DNA of 64,000 bases from assembly GCA_963748385.1 (NCBI GenBank), contig CAVVIQ010000013.1, positions 95,908 through 159,907 on the forward strand, written 5' to 3'. The position numbers were made by a program, and so were the translations under genes. Of this stretch, positions 47,884 through 59,902 are shown in pieces. Under the pieces are notes generated by a model. That model saw only the letters and a list, made by a program, of their open reading frames with translations, searched no databases and had not been told where the DNA came from. Origin of the DNA: an uncultured Pseudomonadota bacterium. Lineage in GTDB: Bacteria; Pseudomonadota; Alphaproteobacteria; Rhizobiales; Beijerinckiaceae. Position 1 is the first letter of the stretch. Each line of letters begins with the position of its first letter.

Positions 47884-47916
47884 AACGGCGGGCCAAAAGC
47901 CCGCCGTTTTGTTTTG
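47884..47916 (+). terminator. Intrinsic terminator after rpsI
   Basis: AACGGCGGGC-CAAAA-GCCCGCCGTT followed by TTGTTTT. Confidence 0.8.
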
Positions 47917-47966
47917 TCCTTCATCAAACCGCGCTAGAGCCGTCCATCTGCACCAGGAATCAAGCC

Positions 47967-48890
47967 ATGACCGACGCGCCCAGAAAAATCTTCATCGACG
48001 GCGAGGCCGGCACCACCGGCCTGCAGATCCGGGAAAAGCTTTCCCGGCGCACGGACGTCGAGATCGTCTCGATCGATCCCGAAAAGCGCAAGGACGCCGC
48101 GGCCAAGGCCGAGATCCTGCGACAGGTCGATCTGACCATCCTGTGCCTGCCCGACGCCGCCGCCAGGGAGAGCGTCGCTGTGGTCGATTCGTTGGGGCCC
48201 GAAGGTCCCCGCGTGCTCGACGCCTCGACGGCCCATCGCGTCGCGCCCGGCTGGACCTATGGCTTTCCGGAGCTTGCCCCCGGTCAGGACAGGGAAATCG
48301 CCGCCGCGCGGCGGGTGTCCAACCCCGGCTGCTACGCCACCGGGGCGATCGCCATCCTGCGGCCGCTGGTCGACGCCGGGCTGGTCGATCCGGGCCAGTC
48401 CCTGGCGATCAACGCGGTTTCCGGTTTTTCGGGCGGCGGCAAGCAGATGATCGAAGCCTATGAGGCCGGACGGGCGCCCGCCTTCGAGCTTTACGCGCTG
48501 GGGCTTGAGCACAAGCATGTCGCGGAAATCATGGCCTTTGGCGGTTTGCGGGCGCGGCCGCTGTTCGTCCCCTCGGTCGGCAATTTCCGCCAGGGCATGC
48601 TGGTGAGCCTGCCGCTCTCCCTTGACGATCTTCCCGACAAGCCGCAGGCCGGCGACCTCGAAGCGGTCCTCGCCGACCATTACGCCGGCCGGACCCATGT
48701 CCGGGTGGTCGCGGCGGAAGAAAGCGCCCGGCTGGAGCCGGAGGCGCTCAACGGCACCAACGATCTCGATATCCGCGTCTTCGCCAACGAGGCGCGCCGC
48801 CATGCCCTGATCGTGGCGCGGCTCGACAATCTCGGCAAGGGCGCCTCGGGCGCCGCCGTGCAGAACATGGACCTGATGCTGGGTCTTTGA
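47967..48890 (+). CDS. argC: N-acetyl-gamma-glutamyl-phosphate reductase (short type 2)
   Basis: [41 protein letters not shown]. Confidence 0.95.
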   Translation: MTDAPRKIFIDGEAGTTGLQIREKLSRRTDVEIVSIDPEKRKDAAAKAEILRQVDLTILCLPDAAARESVAVVDSLGPEGPRVLDASTAHRVAPGWTYGFPELAPGQDREIAAARRVSNPGCYATGAIAILRPLVDAGLVDPGQSLAINAVSGFSGGGKQMIEAYEAGRAPAFELYALGLEHKHVAEIMAFGGLRARPLFVPSVGNFRQGMLVSLPLSLDDLPDKPQAGDLEAVLADHYAGRTHVRVVAAEESARLEPEALNGTNDLDIRVFANEARRHALIVARLDNLGKGASGAAVQNMDLMLGL

Positions 48891-48945
48891 TGCGAACGCG
48901 CGTGAGGCCGGATCGCGTTTCCCGTGGACCGGCCTCCGTGGGGCC

Positions 48946-49570
48946 TCACTCTTCCGAGACCACGCCGCCCCGGATCACCGTCACATGACCCCCGCGCTGC
49001 GCCTGGCCGTGGCGGTCGGAGAGGAAGATGATTTTCGACGGCTAGCGTTGCCGCCGCGACGGGCAGATTGTAAATCACGCCATTGCCGGTCGGCGCGTAG
49101 CTCGCGCCATAATAGCCGAGAGGGTAGGGCGGGCCATAGATCGCGGTCGTGGGCACGATGATGATCGCGCCCTGAGCCGCCCCGGCGTCATAAGTCCCGT
49201 AGCCGGGGTCGTAGGAATAGCCTCCGCCGCCATAGGCCGCGCCATATCCCCAGCCGCGATAGCCGCCGCCATAGGGCAGGGCGTAGCCGTAATCATAGCC
49301 CGGCCGGCCGTGCGGCAGCGCATAGCCGTAATCATAGCCTTGCCGGCCGCGAGGCGGCGCGTAGCCATAACCATAGCCTTGCGGGAATGTGTCGCGAGGG
49401 TGATTGTAAACCACGCCGCCATGAACCGCCATGCCCGGCGCGGCAGCATGCACGACCATATGGCCGCCATAGCCTCCGCCGGCGTGTCGCGCGCCCGCGA
49501 AAGCCGGCGCCGCCGCGCTCGCCGCGGCGATTGCGAAGACGATTCCGCCGATTTTCAAGAACCGAGCCAT
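48946..49570 (-). CDS. Secreted Gly/Tyr-rich repeat protein (apparent frameshift about 49045)
   Basis: Signal peptide ending AFA and GYDYGYALP repeats. A plausible C-terminus [20 protein letters not shown] lies in another frame, stop at 48946. Confidence 0.6.
49270..49380 (-). repeat. About 36-bp coding tandem repeat (GYDYGYALP-x-GR units)
   Basis: Three degenerate units: [38 protein letters not shown]. Confidence 0.7.
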
Positions 49571-49693
49571 TTTTGCACTCCTGTCCCGATATGAGACACC
49601 CCCGGCGACAAGAAGCCCGAAGACGGGCCTTTTTGAGACGCATCGGGGCGAACTGCCGGGAAAGGCGCAAGAACGGCGCCGCGGCGGCCGGCG

Positions 49694-51625
49694 TCAGGAC
49701 TTCTCCCGGACATATTCTCCGGGGGCGTCGCCGAGAATCTTGACCTTTCCGCCGCCCGGCTCTCGCGCCGGAACTTTTTCCGCGCGACTGGGCGTCGATC
49801 CATTCGATCCAGTCCGGCCACCACGAGCCGGGATGCTCCTCGGCCCTGGCCACCCAATCCTTGAAAGTTCCCGAAGGGCGCGGGCCGGTCCAGTATTGGT
49901 ATTTGGGCTTTGGTCGCGGGCGGATTGATGACGCCGGCGATATGGCCGGAACCGCCGAGCACATAGCGCATCTCGCCGCCGAACAGCTTGGCGCCGTTGA
50001 ACACCGAGCGCGCCGGGGCGATGTGGTCTTCCTTCGCCGCCAGATTGTAGACCGGGATCTTGATCTCGCCGAGGTCGAGCGTGACGTCGCCGAGTTTCAT
50101 CTTCTTCTTGGCGAGCTGATTGTTGAGATAGCAGTTGCGCAGATAGAAGGAATGATTGGCGCGCGGCATGCGCGTGGAATTGCTGTTCCACGCCAGAAGG
50201 TCGAAGGCCATCGGTTCGACGCCCTTCAGGTAATTGTTGACGACATAGGACCAGATCATCTCGTTGGGCCGCAGCATGTTGAAGGTGTTCGCCATCGAGC
50301 TGCTGTCGAGATAGCCGGACATTTGCATTTCGGATTCGATATTCTTGATCCGGTCCTCGTCGGCGAAAATCTTCAGGTCGCCGGGATCGGAGAAATCGAC
50401 CTGGGTGGTGAAGAAGGTCGCGGCGGCGATGCGGTCGTCGCCCTTGGCGGCCATGATAGGCGAGCGTCGCGGCGGTCAGCGTGCCGCCCACGCAATAGCC
50501 GATCGGACTGACCTGTCGCTCGCCGGTGATCTTTTCGATCTGCTCCAGCGCCGCGAAAATGCCTTCCTTCATATAGGCGTTGAAATCCTTGTCGGCGTGT
50601 TTCTCGGTGGGATTGACCCAGGAAATGCAGAACACGGTGAGGCCCTTGGACACCGCCCAGCGAATGAAGCTTTTGTCCGGGTTGAGATCGAGAATGTAGA
50701 ACTTGTTGATCCAGGGCGGCACGATCAGCAGCGGCCGGCGATAGACCTTTTCGGTCGTCGGGGCATATTGCAGCAGTTCGATCAGGTCGTTGCGGAACAC
50801 CACCTTGCCCGGCGTGGTGGCCATGTTCACGCCGAGGACGAACTGGTCGTAGTTGGTCTGGCGGATTTTCAGATTGCCGCCGCCGGCCTCGATGTCCTCG
50901 GCCAGCATTTTCATGCCGCGCGCGAGGTTTTCCGCCTCGGCCGACCAGGTGGTCCGCAACAGCTCGGGATTGGTGAGGAGGAAATTGGACGGCGACAGGG
51001 CGCCCGAAAGCTGCCGCAGGTAGAATGACGCCCGGTCATGGGTGACCTTGTCGAGCTCCGCGTCCTCGACCATGTGGCTCGCCCATCGGTCGCCGATCAG
51101 ATAGGCCTGGCGCAGGAAATCGAAAAAAGGATTGTCGCGCCAGTCCGGCGCGACGAATCGCTTGTCCCTCGGGTCGGCCGCGACGAAGGGCTCGCTGGTC
51201 TCTCCGGAAAGCCGGAGCAAGGTGTTCGACCACAGGCCCATCATATTGGTGGAAATGTTGGTCTGGGCCTCGAGCGCGCGCTTGGGATCGGACAGCCAGT
51301 ATTCGGCGACCTTGCCGAAGGTCTTTATGGCTTCGGTGAGGTCTTCCCCGGCGGTCGGCTTGGCGTGGCCCTCCTCGACCGGGCGAATCATCGCGGCCAG
51401 CGCCTTGCCGCCATGCGCCATGGCGAGCGCGAAATTGTCGGCCATGCGCTGGAAATTGGGAAGGGTCGAGCCTTTGGCCCCGTCGGATGGATTTTCTGCG
51501 GGGGCCGGGGAAGGCGGCGGCGCGGCGGCGGGCCGCGCAGGCGGGGCCTCGACGGGCGTCTTCCGGCGCCGCGGCGCGGCGCGTTTGGCGGCGTTCCCGC
51601 GTCGAACTTCCTTGCGTACGGTCAT
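49694..51625 (-). CDS. phaC: Class I polyhydroxyalkanoate synthase (apparent frameshifts about 50460, 49915 and 49785)
   Basis: [19 protein letters not shown], lipase box GYCVGG, EDHIAP, SGHIAG, GSWWPDW, DAPGEYV. Confidence 0.92.
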   Translation of the reverse strand: MTVRKEVRRGNAAKRAAPRRRKTPVEAPPARPAAAPPPSPAPAENPSDGAKGSTLPNFQRMADNFALAMAHGGKALAAMIRPVEEGHAKPTAGEDLTEAIKTFGKVAEYWLSDPKRALEAQTNISTNMMGLWSNTLLRLSGETSEPFVAADPRDKRFVAPDWRDNPFFDFLRQAYLIGDRWASHMVEDAELDKVTHDRASFYLRQLSGALSPSNFLLTNPELLRTTWSAEAENLARGMKMLAEDIEAGGGNLKIRQTNYDQFVLGVNMATTPGKVVFRNDLIELLQYAPTTEKVYRRPLLIVPPWINKFYILDLNPDKSFIRWAVSKGLTVFCISWVNPTEKHADKDFNAYMKEGIFAALEQIEKITGERQVSPIGYCVGGTLTAATLAYHGRQGRRPHRRRDLLHHPGRFLRSRRPEDFRRRGPDQEYRIRNANVRLSRQQLDGEHLQHAAAQRDDLVLCRQQLPEGRRTDGLRPSGVEQQFHAHAARQSFLLSAQLLSQQSARQEEDETRRRHARPRRDQDPGLQSGGEGRPHRPGALGVQRRQAVRRRDALCARRFRPYRRRHQSARDQSPNTNTGPARALRELSRIGWPGPRSIPARGGRTGSNGSTPSRAEKVPAREPGGGKVKILGDAPGEYVREKS

Positions 51626-51792
51626 CGTTCCTCCCCCGACGCCCCACTCTTGCCGGCCGGGCGCCGTCACATCAACTTAGCGCATCGTCCCGTTTCGGAC
51701 ATAATAAGACTTTATGCCATTAGCTGAGCAACGATCTGATGGCGGCGCCTTCCGCGGGGGGCGCGCGCCGCGCCTGACGAAAGCCTGAGAGA

Positions 51793-52176
51793 ATGACGGC
51801 CCCTACCGTTTCCCGCCGCCGCGTGGCGCGTTTCGCTTCGACCCTCGCGCTCGCCTTGGCGGCCAATGTCGCCGCCGCCCAGGCGCAGCAAAATCCGCTG
51901 CGGGCGCTGACCGACAAGTTGAACTGGACCTCGGAAGCCGGCGACGGGCCGGATTTCGTCCGCGAATCGCGTCCCGATTCCAAAACGATGGGCTTTGCGC
52001 CGCTCACCGGCGAGGAGAAGCAGCGGATCGCGGTCAAAAAGCCGGACGAGGTCAAGGCCGACATGGACCGGCTGGTCAAGACGCGCAAAAAAGCGGACGC
52101 GATGCGCAGAGGGCTCAATGCGGTCAAGATCGACCCCGTCGCTCCCAACGAGGTCGCCCCGATCAAGGACGAATGA
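51793..52176 (+). CDS. Secreted hypothetical protein
   Basis: Signal peptide ending AQA, PDFVRESRP; GC-typical codon use; lies between phaC and the aminotransferase. Confidence 0.7.
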   Translation: MTAPTVSRRRVARFASTLALALAANVAAAQAQQNPLRALTDKLNWTSEAGDGPDFVRESRPDSKTMGFAPLTGEEKQRIAVKKPDEVKADMDRLVKTRKKADAMRRGLNAVKIDPVAPNEVAPIKDE

Positions 52177-52275
52177 ATTTTGATTTCAAGCCCGCTGACA
52201 TCGGCTGCGAACGCGTGCTAATCACGGCATTTCCCGGCGCGTCGCCGGCCCGATGACGAAGCGAGGACGAAACGG

Positions 52276-53496
52276 ATGAGCGATTTTTATCGCGTGCGGC
52301 GGCTGCCGCCCTATGTGTTCGAACAAGTCAATCGTCTCAAGGCCAAGGCCCGCGCCGCCGGCGCCGACATCGTCGACCTCGGCATGGGCAATCCGGATCT
52401 GCCGACGCCGCGCCATGTCGTCGACAAGTTGATCGAGACGGCGGGCAAGCCGCGCACCGACCGCTATTCCGCCTCCAAGGGCATCGCCGGGCTGCGCCGC
52501 GCCCAGGCCGCCTACTACGAGCGCCGTTTCGGCGTGAAGCTCGATCCAGACACGCAGGTCGTCGCGACGCTCGGCTCCAAGGAAGGCTTCGCCAACATGG
52601 CCCAGGCGATCACCGCGCCGGGCGATGTGATCCTCGCGCCCAATCCCTCCTATCCGATCCACGCCTTCGGCTTCCTGATGGCGGGCGGCGTGATCCGCTC
52701 GGTGCCGATCGAGCCGAACGAGGAATTCTTCCGCGCCGCCGAACGCGCGGTCCAGCATTCGATCCCCAAGCCGATCGCGATCGTGGTCTGCTACCCGTCG
52801 AACCCGACCGCCACCGTCGCCTCGCTCGATTTCTACCGCGATCTGGTGACCTTCGCGAAGAAGCACGACATCTATATCCTGTCGGACCTCGCCTATGCCG
52901 AGGTCTATTTCGACGACAAGGATCCGCCGCCCTCGGTGCTTCAGGTTCCGGGCGCGAACGATGTCTGCGTCGAATTCACTTCCATGTCCAAGACCTATTC
53001 GATGGCCGGCTGGCGCATAGGCTTCGCGGTCGGCAACGAGCGCCTGCTCTCGGCTTTGGCGCGGGTGAAGTCCTATCTCGATTATGGCGCCTATACGCCG
53101 ATCCAGGTCGCGGCGGCGGCCGCGCTCAACGGCCCGGACGACTGTATTCGGGACATGCGCGCCACTTACCGGAAAAGGCGCGACGTGATGGTCGAGAGCT
53201 TCGCCCAGGCGGGGTGGAGAATCCCCGAGCCTTCGGCGTCGATGTTCGCCTGGGCGCCGGTGCCGGAACGGTTCAGCCGCCTCGGCAGTCTGGAATTCTC
53301 GAAGCTGCTGATCGAAAAGGCCGAGGTCGCGGTCGCGCCGGGCGTCGGCTTCGGCGAGCATGGCGAAGGCTTCGTTCGGCTCGCTTTGGTCGAGAACGAG
53401 CAGCGCATCCGTCAGGCGGCGCGCGGCGTGCGCCGCTTCTTCGACAGCGCCGACGCCTCACTGCACAACGTCATCGAGGCGCGCGCGCGGGGGTGA
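52276..53496 (+). CDS. Class I/II PLP aminotransferase (AlaC/YfdZ-like, often annotated LL-diaminopimelate aminotransferase)
   Basis: RLPPYVF, DLGMGNPD, YPSNPT, DLAY, PLP-lysine SMSKTYSMAGWRIG. Confidence 0.92.
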   Translation: MSDFYRVRRLPPYVFEQVNRLKAKARAAGADIVDLGMGNPDLPTPRHVVDKLIETAGKPRTDRYSASKGIAGLRRAQAAYYERRFGVKLDPDTQVVATLGSKEGFANMAQAITAPGDVILAPNPSYPIHAFGFLMAGGVIRSVPIEPNEEFFRAAERAVQHSIPKPIAIVVCYPSNPTATVASLDFYRDLVTFAKKHDIYILSDLAYAEVYFDDKDPPPSVLQVPGANDVCVEFTSMSKTYSMAGWRIGFAVGNERLLSALARVKSYLDYGAYTPIQVAAAAALNGPDDCIRDMRATYRKRRDVMVESFAQAGWRIPEPSASMFAWAPVPERFSRLGSLEFSKLLIEKAEVAVAPGVGFGEHGEGFVRLALVENEQRIRQAARGVRRFFDSADASLHNVIEARARG

Positions 53497-53500
53497 GGGC

Positions 53501-53725
53501 TCAGGGCCGCTCGACGCAGTGATAGGCGACGTAGGCCTGGCCGTCGGTTTCGCGGCGGCTGGAGAAGCTGAGAACCGCGTCCATGCCGAATTTCGCGCAT
53601 TCCCTTTGGGCATATTCGGGGAAACGCTCCGTGCCGTGGACGTTCGGATAATAATAATAGGTGACGTCCCGGTACGAACAACCGGAACAGGCCAGGAGAA
53701 TCGCAAGGGCAAATATCCGCTTCAT
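53501..53725 (-). CDS. Small putative lipoprotein (74 aa)
   Basis: MKRIFALAILLACSGC lipobox-like signal and two further Cys residues. Confidence 0.6.
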   Translation of the reverse strand: MKRIFALAILLACSGCSYRDVTYYYYPNVHGTERFPEYAQRECAKFGMDAVLSFSSRRETDGQAYVAYHCVERP

Positions 53726-53902
53726 CGGCAAACTCCTGGTGGGCGCGGCCCGTTTGCGGCAGTCCCGCGACAAGGCCGCCCCCTCCCTTTTACTTTCCTT
53801 CACGCGTCAGGCAAGCCCGCCGGGCCTTTTTTGGGCGACATGGTGTTTTCTGCGCGCGACCGATCCTGGAGCGCCCATCGCGACGGCGCCGACGAACGGG
53901 GA

Positions 53903-54523
53903 TCAGGCTGAAATCTGCTGCTCTGAATAGCGTTGCCGGAGCAGCTTGATTTGCTCCACGACTGTCGCCTCGACGCGGAACTTGGTCGTGGCGGCTTTCA
54001 TCGCGATCGTGATGCGGAAGACGTCGCGGACGACGCTTTCGAGCCGCTCGATATCGGCGCAGAGATTGCCCATGGTTTCGAACGCGCTCGCCATCAGATC
54101 GGTGTCGTCGCAGGCGAATGAGATGGCGAGCATCGCCAGCGTGATGACCCGCCCGTGCTCCTTGCCGAGCATGTGGATGAAATGTTCCCATTGCTCCTGC
54201 CGCTCGGCCCATTCTTCCTTGGTCACCTCGCTTTTCTTTGCGCGCGTGAAGAAATAAACTAATCTCCTAATATATTTCTCCCAGAGCCAGGGCGTTTCGC
54301 CCGTCTTTTTCTGCAAGTCGATAATGATTCTGTGGTGATGGCGCAGGCAATGAGCGCATTGATAATAATGGGCGACCGCCCACGCGATGCGCTCGCGGTC
54401 GATCTGCGACAGGGCGTGTGTGTCGGCGGAGTCATCCCTGTTGTCGCCGAGCGCTTGCGACATGAAAAACGCCAGTTCGTCGTCGAACATCGGACCGGTG
54501 AGCGATGGATAGAAACCCGGCAT
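53903..54523 (-). CDS. AhpD/carboxymuconolactone-decarboxylase-like protein with CxxC-HHH motif
   Basis: RERIAWAVAHYYQCAHCLRHHH resembles the AhpD core motif; strong RBS AGAGGAGA; codons are AT-richer than in neighbouring genes. Confidence 0.6.
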   Translation of the reverse strand: MPGFYPSLTGPMFDDELAFFMSQALGDNRDDSADTHALSQIDRERIAWAVAHYYQCAHCLRHHHRIIIDLQKKTGETPWLWEKYIRRLVYFFTRAKKSEVTKEEWAERQEQWEHFIHMLGKEHGRVITLAMLAISFACDDTDLMASAFETMGNLCADIERLESVVRDVFRITIAMKAATTKFRVEATVVEQIKLLRQRYSEQQISA

Positions 54524-54541
54524 TTCCGATTATCTCCTCTG

Positions 54542-54566
54542 TAGAATATAATAGGTTCTATAGAAC
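54542..54566. promoter_or_regulatory. AT-rich dyad repeat in the divergent promoter region
   Basis: TAGAA-N9-TTCTA-TAGAAC, including the palindrome GTTCTATAGAAC. Confidence 0.35.
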
Positions 54567-54772
54567 ATATGACGTTTGAACGTATCGTGGGCTCATCGAG
54601 AAGTCCAGATTCCGCGACAAAATACGATCGTGCGGCGTTTCTGTCCTGGCGGAAACTGACGCCCTCGGCCCATGAAAAGCCCGGAGCCCATGGTTCGCGA
54701 TCCGGCGCCCGGAAAGTCTCGCGCAAGCCGGCCGCGCCAATATGGAGGCGCCCCGATGCCGGAGTCGCCATT

Positions 54773-56461
54773 GTGCCGAAGCTCGCATTCCGCCTGACCT
54801 TGACGCGCCGCGTCTGGGCGCTCGCCGCCCTCGCCCTCGCCACCATGGCGCTCGGCACCGGCGTCGCCCTATATCGGTTCAACGCCGCCATGCTCGACCT
54901 GCGCCGTGGCGAATTGCGCAGCGAGGTTGAGATCGCCGCCGCCTGGCTGAAAAGCGCGATTCCGGCGGATGCGCGGGACGCCAATCCGGCCGCCGCCGCC
55001 GCGCTGGAGCGCCTGAGGCCGGTTCGATTTGGCGCGAACGGCTATTTCTTCGCGATTTCGCTCGACGGCGACTCGCTGCTCGCGCCGACGACGCCGGAAA
55101 TCGAGGGGACGAGCCTGCTCGACGTGCGCGACGGCGGGGGCGGCCAGCCGTTCCAGTCGATGCTGAAAATGGCGCGCCAGGACGGCGCCGGTTTCGTGAC
55201 CTATCCCTGGCCCAAGCCCGGCGCCAAGGGCCGGCGTGAACAGATATCCTATGTGAAGTCGATTCCCGAGCTCGGGCTGCTCGTCGGCGCCGGCGGCTAT
55301 GACGACGACGCCATTGCGCGCCTGATCGACATCGCGCGGGCCGTGACTTTCGCGGTTTCGCCGCTGCTGCTGATGTTCGTCGCCGTCGCCTTTTTCATCG
55401 GCCGGACGGTTTCCCTGCGTCTGCGCGGCCTCGGCTTGGGCCTCGACGCCATGGCGCAAGGGAAATTCGACATCGTCTTGCCCGGCTTGGAGCTCGATGA
55501 CGAACTCGGCGAAATGGCCCGCTCGGTGGAGGCGATCAAGCTCGGCCTGCGCGGCGCCGCCGAACGACAGAGCCAGGAGCGGGCGGCGCGGCGCGAAGTG
55601 GCCGAACGGTCGCGGAAGGAAGCCATGGGCGCCTTGGCGCAGAATTTCGAAACGGCGGTCGGCGGGGTCGTCGAGGGCGTCACCGCGGCGGCGGGGCGGC
55701 TGGAAAATCTCGCGCGGGCGCTGGTCCAGGAGGCGCGTTTTTCCGACGAGCAGGCCGAGACCGGAGCAAGATCGGCGGAAACCGCGTCGCAGAACGTGAT
55801 TTCGGTCGCTTCGGCGGCCGAGGAGCTGAACTTTTCGGCGGCCGAAATCGGCGCCAGCGCCACGCGCTCGCGCGGCCTTTCCGAGCAGGCCGCGCAGGAG
55901 GCCGAAGCCACCCGCGCCCGCATGAACGATCTGGCCGGCGCCATCGATCATATCGGCGGCATTGTCGCGACCATCGCCGGCATCGCCGAACAGACCAATA
56001 TGCTGGCGCTCAACGCGACCATCGAGGCCGCGCGCGCCGGTGAGCAGGGCCGGGGCTTCGCGGTCGTGGCCCAAGAGGTCAAGTCCTTGGCCGAACAGAC
56101 CTCGCGCGCCACCTCCGACGTGGCCGAGAAGATCGGCCATATCCAGCGCGCCTCGCAGGAAGCCAGCGGCTGCATCAGCGACATGGCCGAGGCGACCCGC
56201 GAGGTCAACGCCATCGCCTCGAATATCGCGACTTCGGTGGATTCGCAGGTCGAGGCGACCCGCGAGATCGCGAGCAATGTCCATGACGTTGCGGACCGCA
56301 CCAGCGAACTCGCGAAGGTGATCGAGGAGGTGCGCGCGGCGTCGCGCCAGTCGGGCGATTCCGCCGAGCAGGTGCTGGAACTCAGTGACCGACCTCGCGC
56401 GCCAGACCGACGCCCTGCGCCACGAATGCAATTCGTTCCTCGCGCGGGTGCGGACGGCTGA
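54773..56461 (+). CDS. Methyl-accepting chemotaxis protein (sCache-HAMP-MCP; apparent frameshift about 56390)
   Basis: [23 protein letters not shown] (Cache), [11 protein letters not shown] (HAMP), [37 protein letters not shown]. Confidence 0.92.
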   Translation: MPKLAFRLTLTRRVWALAALALATMALGTGVALYRFNAAMLDLRRGELRSEVEIAAAWLKSAIPADARDANPAAAAALERLRPVRFGANGYFFAISLDGDSLLAPTTPEIEGTSLLDVRDGGGGQPFQSMLKMARQDGAGFVTYPWPKPGAKGRREQISYVKSIPELGLLVGAGGYDDDAIARLIDIARAVTFAVSPLLLMFVAVAFFIGRTVSLRLRGLGLGLDAMAQGKFDIVLPGLELDDELGEMARSVEAIKLGLRGAAERQSQERAARREVAERSRKEAMGALAQNFETAVGGVVEGVTAAAGRLENLARALVQEARFSDEQAETGARSAETASQNVISVASAAEELNFSAAEIGASATRSRGLSEQAAQEAEATRARMNDLAGAIDHIGGIVATIAGIAEQTNMLALNATIEAARAGEQGRGFAVVAQEVKSLAEQTSRATSDVAEKIGHIQRASQEASGCISDMAEATREVNAIASNIATSVDSQVEATREIASNVHDVADRTSELAKVIEEVRAASRQSGDSAEQVLELSDRPRAPDRRPAPRMQFVPRAGADG

Positions 56462-56544
56462 CCGAACCGGCGCATAACGCAAGAGCGATCATTTTCAGGT
56501 CGCGTTTTTCGCGTTTTCGCGCATTCACGGTTGGGCCCCGCCGG

Positions 56545-56723
<179 letters not shown>

Positions 56724-56764
56724 CCGCCGATTAAAGTCGAGGCGGACGCCCTCGGGCGCCGCCG

Positions 56765-57127
56765 TCATTTGCGGTAGAAGCAGCTCTTGCGCCCGGTGTG
56801 GCAAGCCTTGCCGTCGCCGCCCGGCTCGACGCGCAGAAGCAGCGCGTCCTGGTCGCAGTCGACCCGGATCTCGACTACCTTCTGGACTTGGCCGGACGTG
56901 TCGCCCTTGCGCCAGAGTTCTTTGCGCGAGCGCGACCAGTAATGGACAATGCCTGTCTCCAGCGTCTTTTCCAGCGCCAGCGCGTTCATATAGGCGAGCA
57001 TCAGGATTTCGCCGCTCGAAGCCTCGACCGTCACGCAGACGATCAGGCCGTGAGAGTCGAATTTCGGCGTGAAGGCGCCGCCTTCTTCGAGGATTTTCTT
57101 GTCGGAGGACGGAGCGGGAAAGGTCAT
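56765..57127 (-). CDS. hisI: Phosphoribosyl-AMP cyclohydrolase (3' end probably clipped by an indel)
   Basis: [51 protein letters not shown]. Confidence 0.95.
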   Translation of the reverse strand: MTFPAPSSDKKILEEGGAFTPKFDSHGLIVCVTVEASSGEILMLAYMNALALEKTLETGIVHYWSRSRKELWRKGDTSGQVQKVVEIRVDCDQDALLLRVEPGGDGKACHTGRKSCFYRK

Positions 57128-57189
57128 GGCTGATCCAGCAAGCGACGGCTTTGGCTCCCTCTCCCCGCAAAGCGGGGTGAGGGGATGTT

Positions 57190-57860
57190 TCACCGCCCGC
57201 GCACGAGACTCAGGAACCGCGCCTGTTCGGCGGGATCGGTCTTGAACGGGCCGGAGAACTGCATGGTGACGGTGAGCGCGCCCGGCTTGCGCACGCCGCG
57301 CATCGACATGCACATATGTTCCGCCTCGATCAGCACCGCCGCGCCGCGCGAATGGAGGCGGGCGTCGAGCGCGGCGAGGATCTGCGCCGTCATGGTCTCC
57401 TGGGTCTGGAGACGTCGGGCGTAGACGTCCACCAGGCGGCCGAACTTCGACAGGCCGAACACGCCGCCATCCGGGTAATAGGCGATATGGGCCTTGCCGA
57501 AAAAGGGCGCCATGTGGTGCTCGCAATGCGAATAAAAGGGAATGTCCTTCACCAGCACCATTTCGCCATAGCCGCCGACGTCCTCGAAGACCTTGTCGAG
57601 CACGGCGCCGGGATCCTGCCTGTAGCCGGCGAAAATCTCTTCATAGGCCTTGACGACGCGGGCCGGGGTGTCGCGCAATCCTTCGCGGCCGGGATCGTCG
57701 CCCACCCAGGCGAGCAACGTCCGCACCGCCGCTTCGGCTTCGGCCCGGCTCGGACGATGAAATTGTCGCCGTTTGCGGCTTCGCCCGCGCCGCGGAGGTT
57801 GTCGCCGCCCTCGTCAGGCGGTTGGGGCAGCGACGGGGCGGGATGCGCCAGATCGTCCAA
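57190..57860 (-). CDS. folE: GTP cyclohydrolase I (apparent frameshift about 57757)
   Basis: [47 protein letters not shown]; TTG start at 57860 with a GGAG RBS. Confidence 0.93.
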
Positions 57861-58002
57861 AGATATCTCCTATTGCGGGGGGCGGCGGGCCAGCCGCGTC
57901 ACGGAAAACAGCGCGCCCGGACATGGCGCGACGGCGCGCCTGCCGACCTGTTCGGCGCATCGAATAATATAGAGGCTTGGGCCGCCATTTCCAGCCGTTC
58001 GA

Positions 58003-59813
58003 TCATATCCGCTTCGTCGCCTTCCCGAGCCAGGCGCGCTCCGCGGCGTCGAGGAAGGGCGCCAGGGCGGCGCGGACCCTCGCATGATAGGCGTTGAGCC
58101 AGGCTTTTTCCTCTTCGGTCAAAAATCCGGCTCGATCAGGCCGCAGGTCGATCGGGACCAGGGTCAGGGTCTCGAAACCGAGCATTTCGCGCTCGGCCCC
58201 GGCGATGTCGCGCGGCTCCACCGCAACCAGGTTCTCGATGCGGATGCCGAAGGCGCCCTCGCGATAATAGCCGGGCTCGTTGGACAGGATCATGCCCGGC
58301 TCCAGCGCCGTCGCGCCAAGCCTGGAAATCCGCTGCGGCCCTTCATGGACCGAGAGATAGGAGCCGACCCCGTGGCCCATGCCATGGTCGAAATCGAGCC
58401 CGGCCTCCCACAGGGGCCGGCGGGCGAAGCGTCGATCTGCGCGCCGCTGGTTCCCTTGGGAAAGACGGCGCGGGCGATGGCGATATGGCCCTTGAGCACC
58501 AGCGTGAGCGCGCCGGGCATCTCTTCGCGGCGCGGCCGACCGCGACGCGTGCGGGTGACGTCGGTGGTGCCGTCGAGATATTGGCGCGCCGGAATCGACC
58601 AGAAAAACCCCCTTGCCGATGCGCGCGTTGGATTTTTCCGTCACCCGGTAATGGGGCAGGGCGGCATGGGGGCCGGCGGCGGAAATGGTCGGGAAGGAAA
58701 TGTCGCGCAATTCGCCGCTGTCGCGGCGAAATGTCTCCAGCGCCTGGGCCGCCGCGATCTCGGTGAGCCGGCCCTTCGGCGCCGCGCCGTCGAACCAGCT
58801 CAGAAACGCGCCATGGCGACGCCGTCGCGCAGATGGGCGGCGCGGGCGCCGCCAACTCCGACGCGTTCTTGCGCGCCTTCATCAGGGCGATCGGGTCGGT
58901 CCCGATGTCCGCCTCGCCGCCGGCCTCGGTGAAGAGCCGGGTCAGGCGTTCCGGCGCGGTCGCGGAGTCGAACAGGATTTTCTGCTTTTCGCGCGCCGAG
59001 CGCTTTCAGAGTCTCGGGCAGCGCGCCGGGCGGCGCCAGTGGGCCAGTTTCGCCAGCGGCCGGGCGGTCGGGCGGAAAACTTTTCCGGGTCGAGGAAGAG
59101 GCGCGGCCTGCCCCGGCGCGGGATCAGCGCAAAACCCAGCGCGATCGGCGTGTGGGCGACATCGGCGCCGCGCAGGTTGAAAGCCCAGGCCAGGGCGTGC
59201 GGGTCGCTGACCAGCAAAGCGTCGGCGGAAAGCGCCTTGGCGACCCGCTTCAATTTGGCCTCGGCGGCTTCGCCGGCGTATTTTTTCGGATGGAGGACGA
59301 CCGGCGGGCAGAGGCGGCGCGGGGCGATCGGTCCACAAAGGGTCGATCGGGTTTTCGTCCACGGCGACGAGACCCGCCCCGGCTTTTTTCGCCGCGGCCT
59401 CGAAACGCGCGATCTGCGCGCCGGTGTGCAGCCAGGGATCGTAGCCGACGCGGGCGCCTTTCTTGGCGTTGTCGCCAGCCAGTCGCTCGGCGAAACCTCG
59501 CCGAGCGGGACGAATGGCGAAAGGCTTTGGAGTTGACCTGCTCGCGCGCCTGGATGGTATAGCGGCCATCGACAAAAAGGGCCGCCTTGTCGGCGAGGAC
59601 GATGGCGAAGCCGGCGCTGCCGGAAAAACCGGTCAGCCAGGCCAGCCGCTCCTCGCCGGGCGCGACATATTCGTTCTGATGGGCGTCGGCGCGTGGAACG
59701 AGAAAGCCGTCGAGCTCCAAAGCTTTCAACCGCGCGCGCAGCATCTTGAGGCGGGGGGCGCCGAGGGAAGGGTCGGCGGTTTCGTCGAAAGTCTGGAAAC
59801 GGGAGTCGAACAT
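58003..59813 (-). CDS. pepP: Xaa-Pro aminopeptidase (M24B; multiple apparent frameshifts)
   Basis: [57 protein letters not shown], fragmented across frames. Confidence 0.88.
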
Positions 59814-59902
59814 CGCCCAGACTAACAATTTGTGACGAAAGGCGAATGAACGCGGCAAATTTATTGCATGAGACGATTTATCGTTGTCGAAAGAATCCGC
59901 CG

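Noticed and set aside
54542-54585. LexA (SOS) box in the AhpD-like/MCP spacer
   Set aside because: The GAAC and GTTC words do not have the alphaproteobacterial N7 direct-repeat spacing.
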